Shown here: positions 1 to 13,300 of the stretch, in pieces
How positions within the stretch are numbered: the stretch's first letter is position 1
Layout of the letters: each line of letters opens with the position of its first letter
NCBI GenBank assembly: GCA_002269645.1
Contig: NIVC01004305.1
Span: 1-51,122, forward strand
DNA: 51,122 nt
From: Macrostomum lignano
Taxonomy: Eukaryota
Reading direction: 5' to 3'
The notes under the pieces: model-generated
Databases searched by the model: none
Seen by the model: only the letters and a program-made list of their open reading frames with translations
Told to the model about the DNA's origin: nothing
Position numbers and translations under genes: made by a program

Positions 1-1598
1 TGACACAATACTACGGCAGACTGCTATCTGGACTCAACGGAGACGGTCAGAAGCAGCAGCAGCCAGTGTCGAATCGCTACAAAATTGTTGTCCCTGAGGC
101 GGCGAAAGTGTTCGCCGATAGAAGCATGGTCACTGGCCACCCTGCTTAACTATTCTCCCAGAGCTTTGAAACGAATTAGGAATTTAATTCAGGTAAGAAT
201 GCTGCCGTAAAAGCATATGAAATGTGCTATTGAAAGCTGAAAAATAAATAATCACTCCTTTCACAAACTTTGCTAACAGGGCCGTCCGGCCGTTATTATC
301 CAGGCTATCCGTGTCAAGACGACACCTTGCCGTGGCTGACAAACTCGACGTTCCGATCCTGTGCCCGGAGCCGCAGGTGGCGCAGCTCTTGGCACCAAGT
401 CTGGCGCTAGGCGAATTTTTCGTGCCGCAAAAGTCTCCGCCCCTCCTGGTGACTTTGACATCTACTCGCTGACGCAGCTGCTTGAATCTCTCGCCAGCTG
501 ATTACGTTTCTAACCTGACCGTCACTCGATGGCTGTTGAAGCTCGACTCGCAGTTCGACGGACGCGGAATCGGTTTCATGGACGTCGACAAGCTGCCCTG
601 CTACCGGTGGGCTCTACGTGAACGACGTCGATACGGTGAAAAAGTGGACAAAAAGTGGGCACACAGAAAAGGTTCTGCTCCGGTGCAGGAAGAACTGCCG
701 GAACTGCTCGGATCCTCGGCTACTCGAGTGGCCTGTCCCGAGGCCTACCCTACTTGGCAGGCTTTTCAGCAGGAGTTCCTCTCTCAGGGCGGTGTCATCG
801 AAGCCTGCCCTCCTGCAGAATCAGTGACGCGGCGTCTAACTGTCGATCTTTGCATCGAACCCAGCGTTCGGTTCGCCTGTTGTCGAGTGGCGATCAGCTG
901 GTCAGCGCTCAGCATCCGTTTTCCTGTTTAGGCATCTCTGCGCCGCAGTGCAGTGTGCCACGCCGCAGCTCAACGCTCTGCCGACAGGTTGGCGACGCCT
1001 GCCGCGAGAGGCGAATTTACGGCCCACGCCAGCGTGGATTTTGTCACCTTCGAGGACTCGGAGACTAATCGACAGGAGCTGTGGGCCACAGACCTGAGCC
1101 TTCATTACAGTGACACCGCTGCCCTTGTCGCAGCTCTTCTACATGGCCACAAAGGGTCGCTTTGATCCACAGCAGCACGAGGTCTTTGTCGAGAAATCGA
1201 AAACGGCGAACAAATCGAGAGCGCCAATCGGGAGGCGTCAACGCAGGGACCGAGGTCGACGCTACGCCACGATGTCGAGCCGACTGAATCACAGTAACCT
1301 TTCAAAGCTACAATTCGCTGCATTCTTTAAAGCCTGCAGAGCTCACGGCATCGAGTTCGACGTAAACACGCGTACCGGAAGCCTCTTCTGCTTAGTAGAT
1401 CCCTTTAATAGGGACTCAGTTGGCATGGCAACCATCTCAGCCGATCTGCTAACCTCATTAGAGACGTTTGCTCGGAACCTCTCAGTCATTGACCAGGAGG
1501 TGTCCACGCCGACAGACCTGGGCGACAGCAACTTCCGAGGTCTCATTGGCGAACTCGACGAAGTGATCAGCGCGGCGAAGGAGAACGAGCAAGCATAA
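1..1598 (+). CDS. IQCH: IQ motif-containing protein H (IQCH) orthologue, 3' portion only (exon <1-192, intron 193-279, exon 280-1598); interrupted by at least eight frame switches (sequence errors or pseudogenisation)
   Basis: Stitched translation gives RYKIVVPEAAKVFADRSM/SLATLLNYSPRALKRIRNLIQ|GRPAVII/PGYPCQDD/LAVADKLDVPILCPEPQVAQL/GTKSGARRIF...RWLLKLD...GGVIEACPP...LTVDLCIEP/GDQL...PFSCLGISAPQCSV/SVDFVTFED...QELWATDLSLHYSD/...FFKACRAHGIEFD...ARNLSVIDQEVSTP. This follows my recollection of the conserved IQCH C-terminal region. The intron is GTAAGA(193)...CTAACAG(279) and the stop is TAA 1596-1598. Identity is from memory, not a database search. Confidence 0.85.
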
Positions 1599-3398
1599 AC
1601 TTCAAGCCTATCTTGGACTTCTTGCTTCGTGTTGTTCTTACTTTTATTTGCTTCTCTTCCCAATGACATTTCCTATTTGCAAACCACTTGGCAATACTGT
1701 TTAAATGCATGCTTGTCGATTCAAATCTGTTTTTGTATTGGCTTACTCTCAAAATTGATTGCGACTATTTTCGAAATAAATTTGATAGCTTGGCTCAAGA
1801 GATAATTTTTAAATAAATAAACTACTTTCTATTACTGCCTTAAGCTTCTTAAAAGTTGTGAAATTTCTTAACTCACAAGAAACGCACAGGCATTACTACT
1901 AGCAAGATAACTTTTTAGTAGCATCAAATGCCTCTTTTGGTGACCAAATATTATACTATACAAAGCACGTTCTCAAATGTTTATTAAATGCTCAAAATTT
2001 GATCACTGCTCAGTAAATTGTTGAAAATTTCTATCTCAGGAAATTACACACGATTTAATGAAACCTACTCATATTTGTCTGTCTCTTTCTGACTTCGGCA
2101 TTCGGTTTGATAAAGCTTGCCATCCCGCTGCTCCTTGAGTTCAAACCGGCAATCTGTCTCTGTCAGGAGCTAAGCCCACTGATTAACTATTTAACTGCAA
2201 GTCAGGATTTAGAGAATTTTCCCTTAAAAATTAGTGCTGGGATTTATTCGATCTTCATCGGTTGGATTCTGTTACCATTTTGCCTGCGAACACATCGGGT
2301 TTTAGTACAACGGTAATTTTCCATGTTTAATCTTACTATATATAATCTACGAGTAGTAGCCGACCAGATTTCAAGGATAGAATTAGATGGCGCCGGAGTC
2401 CTTTTAGGCGCTTTCACAGCCAGGTTCATCCTTTGACATTTAGATTGATATTCGGCCTCTTGAGCTGGACTTGATCGCCACTGCTAATCAACCGAATCAA
2501 GAGAATTAATTGAGCTAATTTATCATTTTGCAAAGCATTTGGCTATAGTGAATCTCTTTTCAATAGGTTTAAGCAAGCCGTAGAAGCGAGCTAATCTGCT
2601 CTGTTTGAGCAAACAGGGGTCTATATTAGCATAGCAATTATTTGCATACTAATAAGCAGGAAAAATCTGCTGCTCATCCAATTATGATGCGGACCGCATT
2701 TACAGCGTTAGCCAACGATATTGCCACTTGAGACTATTAGTACTTTTTATAACTTGAGCACCTCCCAGCTATCGCCAAGCCTTAAGTAAATTTATGAATC
2801 GAACTGAATTCCAAAGGTTCAGTGAACCGGAAATATCAGCTTTGAAAAGTTGAAGACCAACTCAGTTAGGGTAAGTCGATAATGCTGCAAGCGAAGGGGG
2901 TGTTAGTATAGGGCAAGTATTCAGATTACCACTCACCGTGGCGTGGCAGGCTTAGGAAGCACAAGATTGTGAGCAAATACTAGACTGCTCGGGACGATGC
3001 ACACCGGAAATTCAAGTCCACGCCATGAAAATATAAGTACAGATTAGCACTACTTTTACCTTGACCTGGGTAATGTGACTAAAAGCTGTTTCAGCTTTAT
3101 TTTCAATTTCAATCAATTGTAGTTTAATCTGGCTTAATAATGAAAGCTAGAAATAACCTCCTGTCAAAATTATTGGCGCCAATCCAAGCAGAAATATTCC
3201 TCTTCGCTTCCGTGAGCTTAGAGCCCGCGCTTCGATGGCTCGTTTGTAAGTTGGGATTTTCTCCTTGTTCTACCTCCGCCCAGCACATCTTATATTTTCT
3301 CACTTCAAGCTTGACTCCCATGCAATGCCACCTAGTAGAAACAAGATCGATCTCAGTATCTATTTTTTTTCAAATCACGCAAGAAATTCTGTCTAGTT

Positions 3399-3422
3399 TC
3401 TCTCTCTCTCTCTCTCTCTCTC
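3399..3422. repeat. (CT)n microsatellite
   Basis: Direct reading of a TC dinucleotide run. Confidence 0.9.
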
Positions 3423-5142
3423 CCCTCTCCTCATCATCAGGGAAAGATGAGGACTGCCCACTGCAGAGCCGAGACGTTAGAGATACGGTTGAGTGACAAA
3501 TCCCAAGCCAAAACCGATGGCGTGACTAAGTCTGCAATCGCTACTTGCGGAAAGGCTGTGGAAAATTCTGAAATTACGTTTTCTCCAACATTTCTACTCC
3601 CTCACTCCCTAGTAGACGGATGCCTTTCTTTGCGTTTAAGTACGCTGACGCGCAGACCAAACTGGATTGGACTTGTTTAAACCCAAAAGTTATTATTTGG
3701 TCCAGCTTATGGATGCAAAGGCTATAACCATCAGCTTTCTTTTAGTTTGCTCCGAATGACTCTCCCATCGTGAAGAGTTTTTATTCACCCCTATGGGAGA
3801 TAAAAGTTATGCTAATATTTTTCATTCAAATCCCACAATAAAAGCATATTAAACAATTACTAATAGGAATCGTTTATTGTTTTCCCAATTCCAAAATCTA
3901 AGACGGACAGACGTCCATTAAATTTCCCAGATTACGGAACCGGACACCATTATTATTTTAATTTAACATAACTTTGGTCTTCCGCATTCTTGCTTAGTAC
4001 ATTAGCTGTTTTAACAGCTACATGTATTACTGTTTCACATAATTTCATAGTTTCAAAATTCGATAGCAAAACACGTTTGACATTTTATTAAAAGGCATTA
4101 CTTTGAAATTACTGGCAAGAAATCCTCCTTCTCAAAACCATTCTAGAGAGGAAAAAGATAGAAAAAACTATAAAAAATACTTGTCCATCTTCATTTTAAG
4201 CCCATTAGCGGAAAAACTTGAACTGGAAAAAGCTATGCAGGTATGTGATGGATAGATTGCTTATCTTTGCATCATTTGTTGTCCATGTTAACATTTTTCG
4301 CGTGGAAGCGTTCATCGCTAAAAGTATAGACATTATATTAATAAGTATTGATTGTTTCTGTCTCTTGCACTAATGTGAAGTTGAAATTCGTGATGAAGAC
4401 CGACTATGGCCGACAATGAGTCGAAGTATTTTTTGGTTGCTACTCTTGTAACTCTTTTCTTTTTCTGCAAATAACCGTTACTATCAGAACACAACATATT
4501 CCATTAATAGAGGGATAATTTAATAAAATATTGATGTAAACTAGACTCTTGGAATGGTACAACTCCCAAAGAGCTGTTGTTTTGTAATTAGTTTATTAGT
4601 TTGACAGATTTTTGCATGTAGCTTCGGCAATGAAACAGCTCATTAGAAGGTCATTAGAAGGAAACGCAGACTTGACAAGCATTTGTTAATTGAGGAAATG
4701 ATGAGAGAAAAGAATGCTTTGCAGGACGTTAACTATTCACTTTCATCATGCATGAAGAGTCTGCACACTGCAGAGATCGTTTTGTTTGATACTAATTTAC
4801 AGATTAACCATTGCATGCGATTAGTTTGCAAAGCGAGTTGGACAAAAGGGGACAATGGCAGTTAGGCTGTATGCAGTAGAAATTAATGATACTTGAGATA
4901 ACAATCAATTATTGCGCTAAGTGTTGGAGTATAGCTCAGAGAAAAGCTAATTTTCATTGCTCGGTTATTTCAATAGACAGCCTGCCATTCGGCGAAAAGC
5001 CGAGCAAGGAAAATCACCGGAGGCACAATCGAACACATCTATAATAAAAGTACAGAAAATATGAGCATCATTTTATGCGCAGTCTTAAATTAAAAAACAA
5101 CTCATGGACACAAGTTAAACAGACTTAATCGGCCGAACATTG

Positions 5143-6156
5143 TTAGAGAAACAATATCTGCAGCGTGGCAAGCGTAGTCAAGTTCTTGAACTCTTCGTTA
5201 GCCAGAGAGCAGTTGATGCGAAAGCTCTGGTCGCTAGGCGGATTAATTATTTGTATCATAGCCAAAGGCGGCAGGTAGAACGAGCTGTCCAGTTGGTAAG
5301 GAAAAAAGTATCGCGGAAAATAGGCGTAGGTTCTGTTCAGGTAGGTTAGCCGCGGATAGAACCTCAATGGGATCTCCGCATTGTTTGAATCGATTGTCGC
5401 TCGACAGTCCAGCCAAAGGTCGGTGCTGTAGTTTCTTGTGAGCGCTGGTCCAGCCTTCAGCAGGATGCATGGATCTCCGACAACGTAGCCAAAGGCGTTG
5501 TACGAATTGCAGCTCGAAAATATTTCCAACTGCGGTACACACACGTCCAGACCAGGTTTTGGAAAGGAAGTCCGGCAGTCTTTGGCCCGTCGACCGGCCT
5601 TGCGAAGTCGGGGATACCATCGACGGATCTCGTATTCGTCCAGCTCACCGTTGATGCGGGCCAGCAGCGCCGCTAAGTCATCTTCATTGCGCCGGTCGAG
5701 CCAAATCACGCTACCGCCCTGCGGATTGCGCGGCTCTATTTTAATGTACTCCTTGACCTCTTCGCGAGCCATAGACATCGAGATGACTACTGCTATTGTC
5801 GTAACAAATACGACCACCATGATGCCGCCGACCACCAGTTGAAGGCGAAGCTGTCTAGCAATTTTCTCTTCGTTCTCCTGCTGCATGCTCTTGTACGGAT
5901 CATAGTCAATAGTGCCGATGCCCCGATTGTCAGTTAAACGGTAGCGGGGGCTGTCTCTTCGGCCAAAGAATATAGTGTTGAATTCGTGTCGGCAGTAGTG
6001 ACCGCCTTCGCCTGCTCTCTCGTCGGCGCCTTCATTTTCATTTTCATTGATCATTCCCAATTTTGTCTGTTGGTTCTGCTCTTCCTCATCAGAGTTCTCT
6101 TCTAGGACATCTGGATGCTGCGATGACTTGTTGTTGTTTAAGTTGTGCTGCGACAT
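5143..6156 (-). CDS. ATP1B: Sodium/potassium-transporting ATPase beta-subunit family protein (divergent, single exon, 337 aa)
   Basis: Uninterrupted ORF with an acidic cytoplasmic N-terminus and one TM helix (LVVGGIMVVVFVTTIAVVI). The ectodomain has six Cys in the three-disulfide pattern, including CNSYNAFGYVVGDPCILLK, plus FPRYFFPY...YLPPLAMIQI..N...INC. Both motifs are typical of X,K-ATPase beta subunits. Confidence 0.85.
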   Translation of the reverse strand: MSQHNLNNNKSSQHPDVLEENSDEEEQNQQTKLGMINENENEGADERAGEGGHYCRHEFNTIFFGRRDSPRYRLTDNRGIGTIDYDPYKSMQQENEEKIARQLRLQLVVGGIMVVVFVTTIAVVISMSMAREEVKEYIKIEPRNPQGGSVIWLDRRNEDDLAALLARINGELDEYEIRRWYPRLRKAGRRAKDCRTSFPKPGLDVCVPQLEIFSSCNSYNAFGYVVGDPCILLKAGPALTRNYSTDLWLDCRATIDSNNAEIPLRFYPRLTYLNRTYAYFPRYFFPYQLDSSFYLPPLAMIQIINPPSDQSFRINCSLANEEFKNLTTLATLQILFL

Positions 6157-6920
6157 TACTAGCTATGTTTCTGCGTTGCTTCAGACAGCAGCGCTTAATT
6201 CACCATGGCACCAAAAAATTTAAACCGGCTCTTCTGGCTTCGTCGCTTTGAAGCGGACTATTTATCTGTTTCTTTCACTTTCTGTCCCTTTAGTGTTTTT
6301 CTTTCCGCTTTGCTCCTCTAAGAAAATTTTACAATTAAGAGAGAAACAAAAGGCCTATGCAGCTATGGCGTCTATTTTGCTGGCTAGCAGCCGGCAAGTT
6401 CCTTTAACAAACGCTTTGACAGAGCGGAACCAGTTAAGCGGATGAATTATTCAGCTGCCTCAATGTCGCCAAGATTCTGTCGCCAGCCAATTACGATGCC
6501 GGTGTGTCGGTCGTACAAAAAAATAATTGCAGCGGTTGAAAAAAATGCGATAAAATAATTGCGTTTCTTTATGAACTCTGCTGCAGTCGCTGCTATATTG
6601 GAGATCGATTAAAATCTACAATCGTCTGGGTATGACTGCTACGGTTAAGTATGAGAGCGCTCTTCTCCTCTGCGTCTGGGTGTCTGAGGACTGTAGGATG
6701 CAGTGCTATAGGGAGAGACTGAGAGGATAGGTCAGGCAGAGAAAGAGGACAGAGACTGTGTGCGTCAGGGGCGGAGTAGGGTGGCTGGGGACGCGAGGCG
6801 CAACGCTAGACGAGGCTGGGATGGGGGATCTCTGTTGCGAGACGGTCGGCCCATTCTGTCCCAGGCAATTGGACAAAGGGTGAGGCAACCAACCCGAAAA
6901 TTACAGGGCCGCGCTAAGGC

Positions 6921-6945
6921 GAGAGAGAGAGAGAGAGAGAGAGAG
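6921..6945. repeat. (GA)n microsatellite
   Basis: Direct reading. Confidence 0.9.
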
Positions 6946-9298
6946 GCCCGCGAGAGATGAGAGAGATGTAGATAGAAATTGCGCAAAGAACTAGAATAGA
7001 AGGCGACATTTGCGTTTTGTGCTAAAAATGCGCAGCCGATTAAAACCCAAGCATAACAAAACATCGTTCTACAAGCGTGAATAATGTCTGAAAACTCTCT
7101 TGAAATGAAATATTAGTGTTACCTAGTAAGGTACACAATTTTCTAAGAGGTATACAGTACATTAATAGTGGTGTTAATAGCCCTCGGTAGTGCATTGTTA
7201 GTCACGTGCTTGCAAAATGCGTCAAAGTTTTTTAGAAAATCGAAAATCGATGCCTAAAAAACTGGCTAAGCGCGAGAAAGGCACTGGCGTGAAAATCCTA
7301 CTGACACCTGGCTTTTTCAAGTGATTTTTCAACGCAGAGTTGAGTGCTTAGCTCGATGAAGTGCGTGGAGAGAAAATCCTGCCTGTCATCATAGCCAGCC
7401 TAGTTTAAAGTACAGACGTGGGCGCATATTAAGACGAAAAATGATCGTGGAAAGATATTTGACTAGTCTTAATGTAGTACATAGTGTATAAAATCTTCAT
7501 ACAAAACATAGAAAAAACTATTATATTTGTAATTTTACAACGAGTGACAGTCAGACAAAAGAAATTGATGCCTTCGTTGATTTACACCGCTGCTTGGCAC
7601 TACTTTGGCTTTTCTTACATGTAACTTTTGTTAACTTTTTAACGTACATGTTAACTTTTGTTTATACAAGCTCTAAGGTCTAAGTATTATCACTTCCTTG
7701 CCAACAGTCTATCATATGTAACTATTTTGATGCAGTGAAGAATAGAAGACATTTGCTTTTTTCTTTGGACTGATTAGAGCTCCCGATTGGTCAAACTACT
7801 AAACAAGTCTAAGTCAGCTTGCACAGGGCTAAGACTCGAACTAACTAGTATTAAGTATGCTAGGCCTAGCAACAATGCAACAACAAGCAGATAATTAAGC
7901 CTCTAGTCGGTTTGATCGGGTTAGAAAACATCAAAGAGAAATGGTCAAAACACTGTGCATGAAATATAGTTGAGCTTCTTTCAGAGAGTGAGGGGGACTG
8001 AGGATTCCAGTGTCTCTTCTATTAGATGAAGGCAGCTCCTTGGAGCTGCTCCCAGCAACTCTTCATCGACACGCTCTGCTACCCACCAGACCAAATGCAA
8101 TGGTCTGGGGGAGCTGTGCTGGGGTTTTGAGGGAAATTTGAAGGAGAGCTGGGGCGGAGTCGGGGGCCGAGGTGGAATGGGAGGGCTGAGTAGCTCCTCC
8201 CTGTGTAATTACCCAAGACCATTGATTCCTGCATTGAATTTTTCTTCAGCAATCCGCCTGTGCCCTGAACTCTCCTCCATTTTCCCTCCCTCTCGCTTCC
8301 TCATTCTAACCCTCCTGCCAACTCCCAATTCAGAATTCTGTCCATCAGACTACGTGCATAATTTTCTATTCAAAACTTGCTGCCCTGTCTTTGAGGCTAG
8401 TCAATAATGGAGCCTCAGAGTTGTTAATGAAGCTCCGTGGACGCCAACAACAGCTGATAGGTCGCTTAGACAGAACCTTCCGGGAGCTCAGTTTAGCCAA
8501 AAATTACCCAGAAGGCGAAGTCTGATTCCCACCCTCCAGTGCTTCTCAAGCCTGCAGAGTCTACTAGCAAGCCCAAAACCTCATTAGGGCCAACTGGTTT
8601 GCTCGGCCACCGGCAGTAGCCTCAAAAAAAACTTTCCGTCTCGCGCGTGCAAGTGAAATGGAAGGAGCAAAAACGGCCCTTGGCGTCTGGGTGGCGGCCC
8701 TATTTGGCGCCGATTGAATTGGACCGCTTTCAGCATTTCTTCCACAGACGCAATCAGGCCGCCGACTGAACCAAATGCTAAATCACGGTCGGAGAGACGG
8801 CTGCCTCTGACTTTCTCTCTTCCTCTATCTATCTATCGGATTATAATCATGCGCCATTCGAAGAGAGGCCGCCTCCAGAGCTGGCGATGCGCAGCTTGCT
8901 GCTCAGTTATCCTTGCGAGCGATTGGGATTCCGCATGGCATGGCAACGTGACAAAGGGCTAAGAGGGGGGGTACGGGCGCGGGCATGCTGACTGGGCCTA
9001 GCGATCCTCTGCCTGCTGAGCGCGAGATACGAGCGCTTCTCCATTCCAATCTTTCTGCACTTTATCTGCCCCTTCCCATTTATCTCTAGTGATTCTCCCT
9101 AACTCCCTTATCTAGTCCACCAGCAGTCAACCAGGAGGTCGCAACCTACAGACTGCACGTTGCCAAAAATAAGTACATGATTTTGATTAAGTGCAGAGAA
9201 GATTCATTTAGAGCTACCTTGATCCTCGCCTTTAAAAGTACTTAGCAAAAAAGATAAGCACGCTGAATGAAACTAATCTGAACTAAACTCTCATATTT

Positions 9299-9532
<234 letters not shown>

Positions 9533-9543
9533 GGGTCTACGAA

Positions 9544-9780
9544 GTTTGCCTGCCGGACGTTTGCCAGCCGGCGTTTGCCAGCCAACGTTTGCCAGCCGAC
9601 GTTTGCCAGCCGACGTTTGCCAGCCGACGTTTGCCAGCCGACGTTTGCCAGCCGACGTTTGCCAACCGACGTTTGCCAGCCGACGTTTGCCAGCCGACGT
9701 TTGCCAGCCGACGTTTGCCAACCGACGTTTGCCAGCCGACGTTTGCCTGCGGGACGTTCGCCAGCCGGACATTTGCAGGC
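9544..9780. repeat. 14-bp minisatellite (GTTTGCCAGCCGAC), about 17 units; the first and last units are 15-bp variants
   Basis: Unit starts at 9559, 9573, 9587, 9601 and so on to 9741. Confidence 0.95.
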
Positions 9781-10336
9781 GGCAATTGGTTAAAGAAGTT
9801 GCCCTTTCTAGGCTTACATGTACTTGCATTTGAAAACTGTGGACACAGCACTAATCTAATTCCACCTCCCTCCCTACTACTGCTATTAAATATACAGATT
9901 ACCAACAAACTACTGCTCAGGCTTATTGAAGTTATTGCTCTTGTCTGCCTAAAAAGAAAGGTAAAAATACAAAATAGGAGTTTCCATTGTCACAGTTGAT
10001 GTCTATGTATGCCATGGAATGGCCCTTTCCATCTCAGTGGCCAAACAAGCTAAGCGTATACAAGCTAAATGGGAAAATACTGAGACATCCATAATGATAA
10101 TGTGTTAGTCTCGCTTAACTCAAAAGCCAAACTCTGCTTAACGGAGTTTTGGCCATGACAGCGTGCACTTGACAAGCTGCATTGGAATTAATTCGCTTAC
10201 TTTTGGATCTCCCAATAAACTGCGAAATATATAGGCCAGAATTATCGTTCAGCAGTTCTTATATTTGCTCAAAACTTTGCTCGCTGCAGATTCCAGTTTA
10301 AATTTGCGTGTCTTCATTCAAACTGAGTGAAGTGAA

Positions 10337-13300
10337 CATCTGAACATCTGAGCATCTGAGCATCTGAGCATCTGAGCATCTGAGCATCTGAGCACCTGAA
10401 CATCTGAGCATCTGAACATCTGAGCATCTGAACATCTGAGCATCTGAGCATCTAAGCATCTGAGCACCTGAACATCTGAGCATCTGAGCATCTGAGCATC
10501 TGAGCACCTGAACATCTGAGCATCTGAGCACCTGAACATCTGAGCATCTGAGCACCTGAACATCTGAGCATCTGAGCATCTGAGCATCTGAGCATCTGAA
10601 CATCTGAGCATCTGAGCATCTGAGCATCTGAGCACCTGAACATCTGAGCATCTGAGCATCTGAACATCTGAGCATCTGAGCATCTGAGCATCTGAGCACC
10701 TGAACATCTGAGCATCTGAGCACCTGAACATCTGAGCATCTGAGCATCTGAGCATCTGAGCACCTGAACATCTGAGCATCTGAGCATCTGAACATCTGAG
10801 CATCTGAGCATCTGAACATCTGAACATCTGAGCATCTGAGCATCTGAACATCTGAACATCTGAGCATCTGAGCATCTGAGCATCTGAACATCTGAGCATC
10901 TGAGCATCTGAGCATCTGAGCATCTGAGCATCTGAGCACCTGAACATCTGAGCATCTGAGCATCTGAGCATCTGAGCACCTGAACATCTAAGCATCTGAA
11001 CATCTGAGCATCTGAGCATCTGAGCACCTGAACATCTGAGCATCTGAACATCTGAGCATCTGAGCATCTGAGCATCTGAGCACCTGAACATCTGAGCATC
11101 TGAGCACCTGAACATCTGAGCATCTGAGCACCTGAACATCTGAGCATCTGAGCATCTGAGCATCTGAGCATCTGAACATCTGAGCATCTGAGCATCTGAG
11201 CATCTGAGCACCTGAACATCTGAGCATCTGAGCATCTGAACATCTGAGCATCTGAGCATCTGAGCATCTGAGCACCTGAACATCTGAGCATCTGAGCACC
11301 TGAACATCTGAGCATCTGAGCATCTGAGCATCTGAGCACCTGAACATCTGAGCATCTGAGCATCTGAACATCTGAGCATCTGAGCATCTGAACATCTGAA
11401 CATCTGAGCATCTGAGCATCTGAACATCTGAACATCTGAGCATCTGAGCATCTGAGCATCTGAACATCTGAGCATCTGAGCATCTGAGCATCTGAGCATC
11501 TGAGCACCTGAACATCTGAGCATCTGAGCATCTGAGCATCTGAGCACCTGAACATTTAAGCATCTGAACATCTGAGCATCTGAACATCTGAGCATCTGAG
11601 CATCTGAGCATCTGAGCATCTGAGCACCTGAACATCTGAGCATCTGAGCATTTGAGCATCTGAGCACCTGAACATCTGAGCATCTGAGCATCTGAGCATC
11701 TGAGCATCTGAGCACCTGAACATCTGAGCATCTGAGCATCTGAGCATCTGAGCATCTGAACATCTGAGCATCTGAGCATCTGAGCACCTGAACATCTGAG
11801 CATCTGAACATCTGAGCATCTGAACATTTGAGCATCTGAGCATCTGAGCACCTGAACATCTGAGCATCTGAACATCTGAGCATCTGAGCATCTGAGCATC
11901 TGAGCACCTGAACATCTGAGCACCTGAACATCTGAGCATCTGAACATCTGAGCATCTGAGCATCTGAGCATCTGAGCACCTGAACATCTGAGCATCTGAG
12001 CATCTGAGCATCTGAGCACCTGAACATCTGAGCACCTGAACATCTGAGCATCTGAGCATCTGAGCATCTGAGCATCTGAGCACCTGAACATCTGAGCATC
12101 TGAGCATCTGAGCATCTGAGCATCTGAGCATCTGAGCACCTGAACATCTGAGCATCTGAGCACCTGAACATCTAAGCATCTGAGCATCTGAGCATCTGAG
12201 CACCTGAACATCTGAGCATCTGAGCATCTGAGCATCTAAGCATCTGAACATCTGAGCATCTGAGCATCTGAGCATCTGAGCACCTGAACATCTGAGCATC
12301 TGAGCATCTGAACATCTGAGCATCTGAGCATCTGAGCATCTGAGCACCTGAACATCTGAGCATCTGAGCACCTGAACATCTGAGCATCTGAGCATCTGAG
12401 CATCTGAGCACCTGAACATCTGAGCATCTGAGCATCTGAACATCTGAGCATCTGAGCACCTGAACATCTGAGCATCTGAGCATCTGAGCATCTGAGCACA
12501 TGAACATCTGAGCATCTGAGCACCTGAACATCTGAGCATCTGAGCACCTGAACATCTGAGCATCTGAGCATCTGAACATCTGAGCATCTGAGCATCTGAG
12601 CATCTGAGCACCTGAACATCTGAGCATCTGAACATCTGAGCATCTGAACATCTGAGCATCTGAGCATCTGAGCACCTGAACATCTGAGCATCTGAACATC
12701 TGAGCATCTGAGCATCTGAGCATCTGAGCACCTGAACATCTGAGCACCTGAACATCTGAGCATCTGAACATCTGAGCATCTGAGCATCTGAGCATCTGAG
12801 CACCTGAACATCTGAGCATCTGAGCATCTGAGCATCTGAGCACCTGAACATCTGAGCATCTGAGCATCTGAGCATCTGAGCATCTGAGCACCTGAACATC
12901 TGAGCATCTGAGCATCTGAGCATCTGAGCATCTGAGCATCTGAGCACCTGAACATCTGAGCATCTGAGCACCTGAACATCTGAGCATCTGAGCATCTGAG
13001 CATCTGAGCACCTGAACATCTGAGCATCTGAGCATCTGAGCATCTAAGCATCTAAACATCTGAGCATCTGAGCATCTGAGCATCTGAGCACCTGAACATC
13101 TGAGCATCTGAGCATCTGAACATCTGAGCATCTGAGCATCTGAGCATCTGAGCACCTGAACATCTGAGCATCTGAGCACCTGAACATCTGAGCATCTGAG
13201 CATCTGAGCATCTGAGCACCTGAACATCTGAGCATCTGAGCATCTGAACATCTGAGCATCTGAGCACCTGAACATCTGAGCATCTGAGCATCTGAGCATC

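Noticed and set aside
5243-5842. Alternative-frame and antisense ORFs over the beta-subunit gene (and similar ones at 33393-33835 and 36001-36626 over SGSM exons)
   Set aside because: They are shadow ORFs of GC-rich coding exons with no independent homology.
7990-8700. GC-richer segment that might be a decayed LINE/LTR coding fragment
   Set aside because: No RT, endonuclease, integrase or gag motif was recognisable in the frames I translated. It needs a BLASTX/Dfam search.
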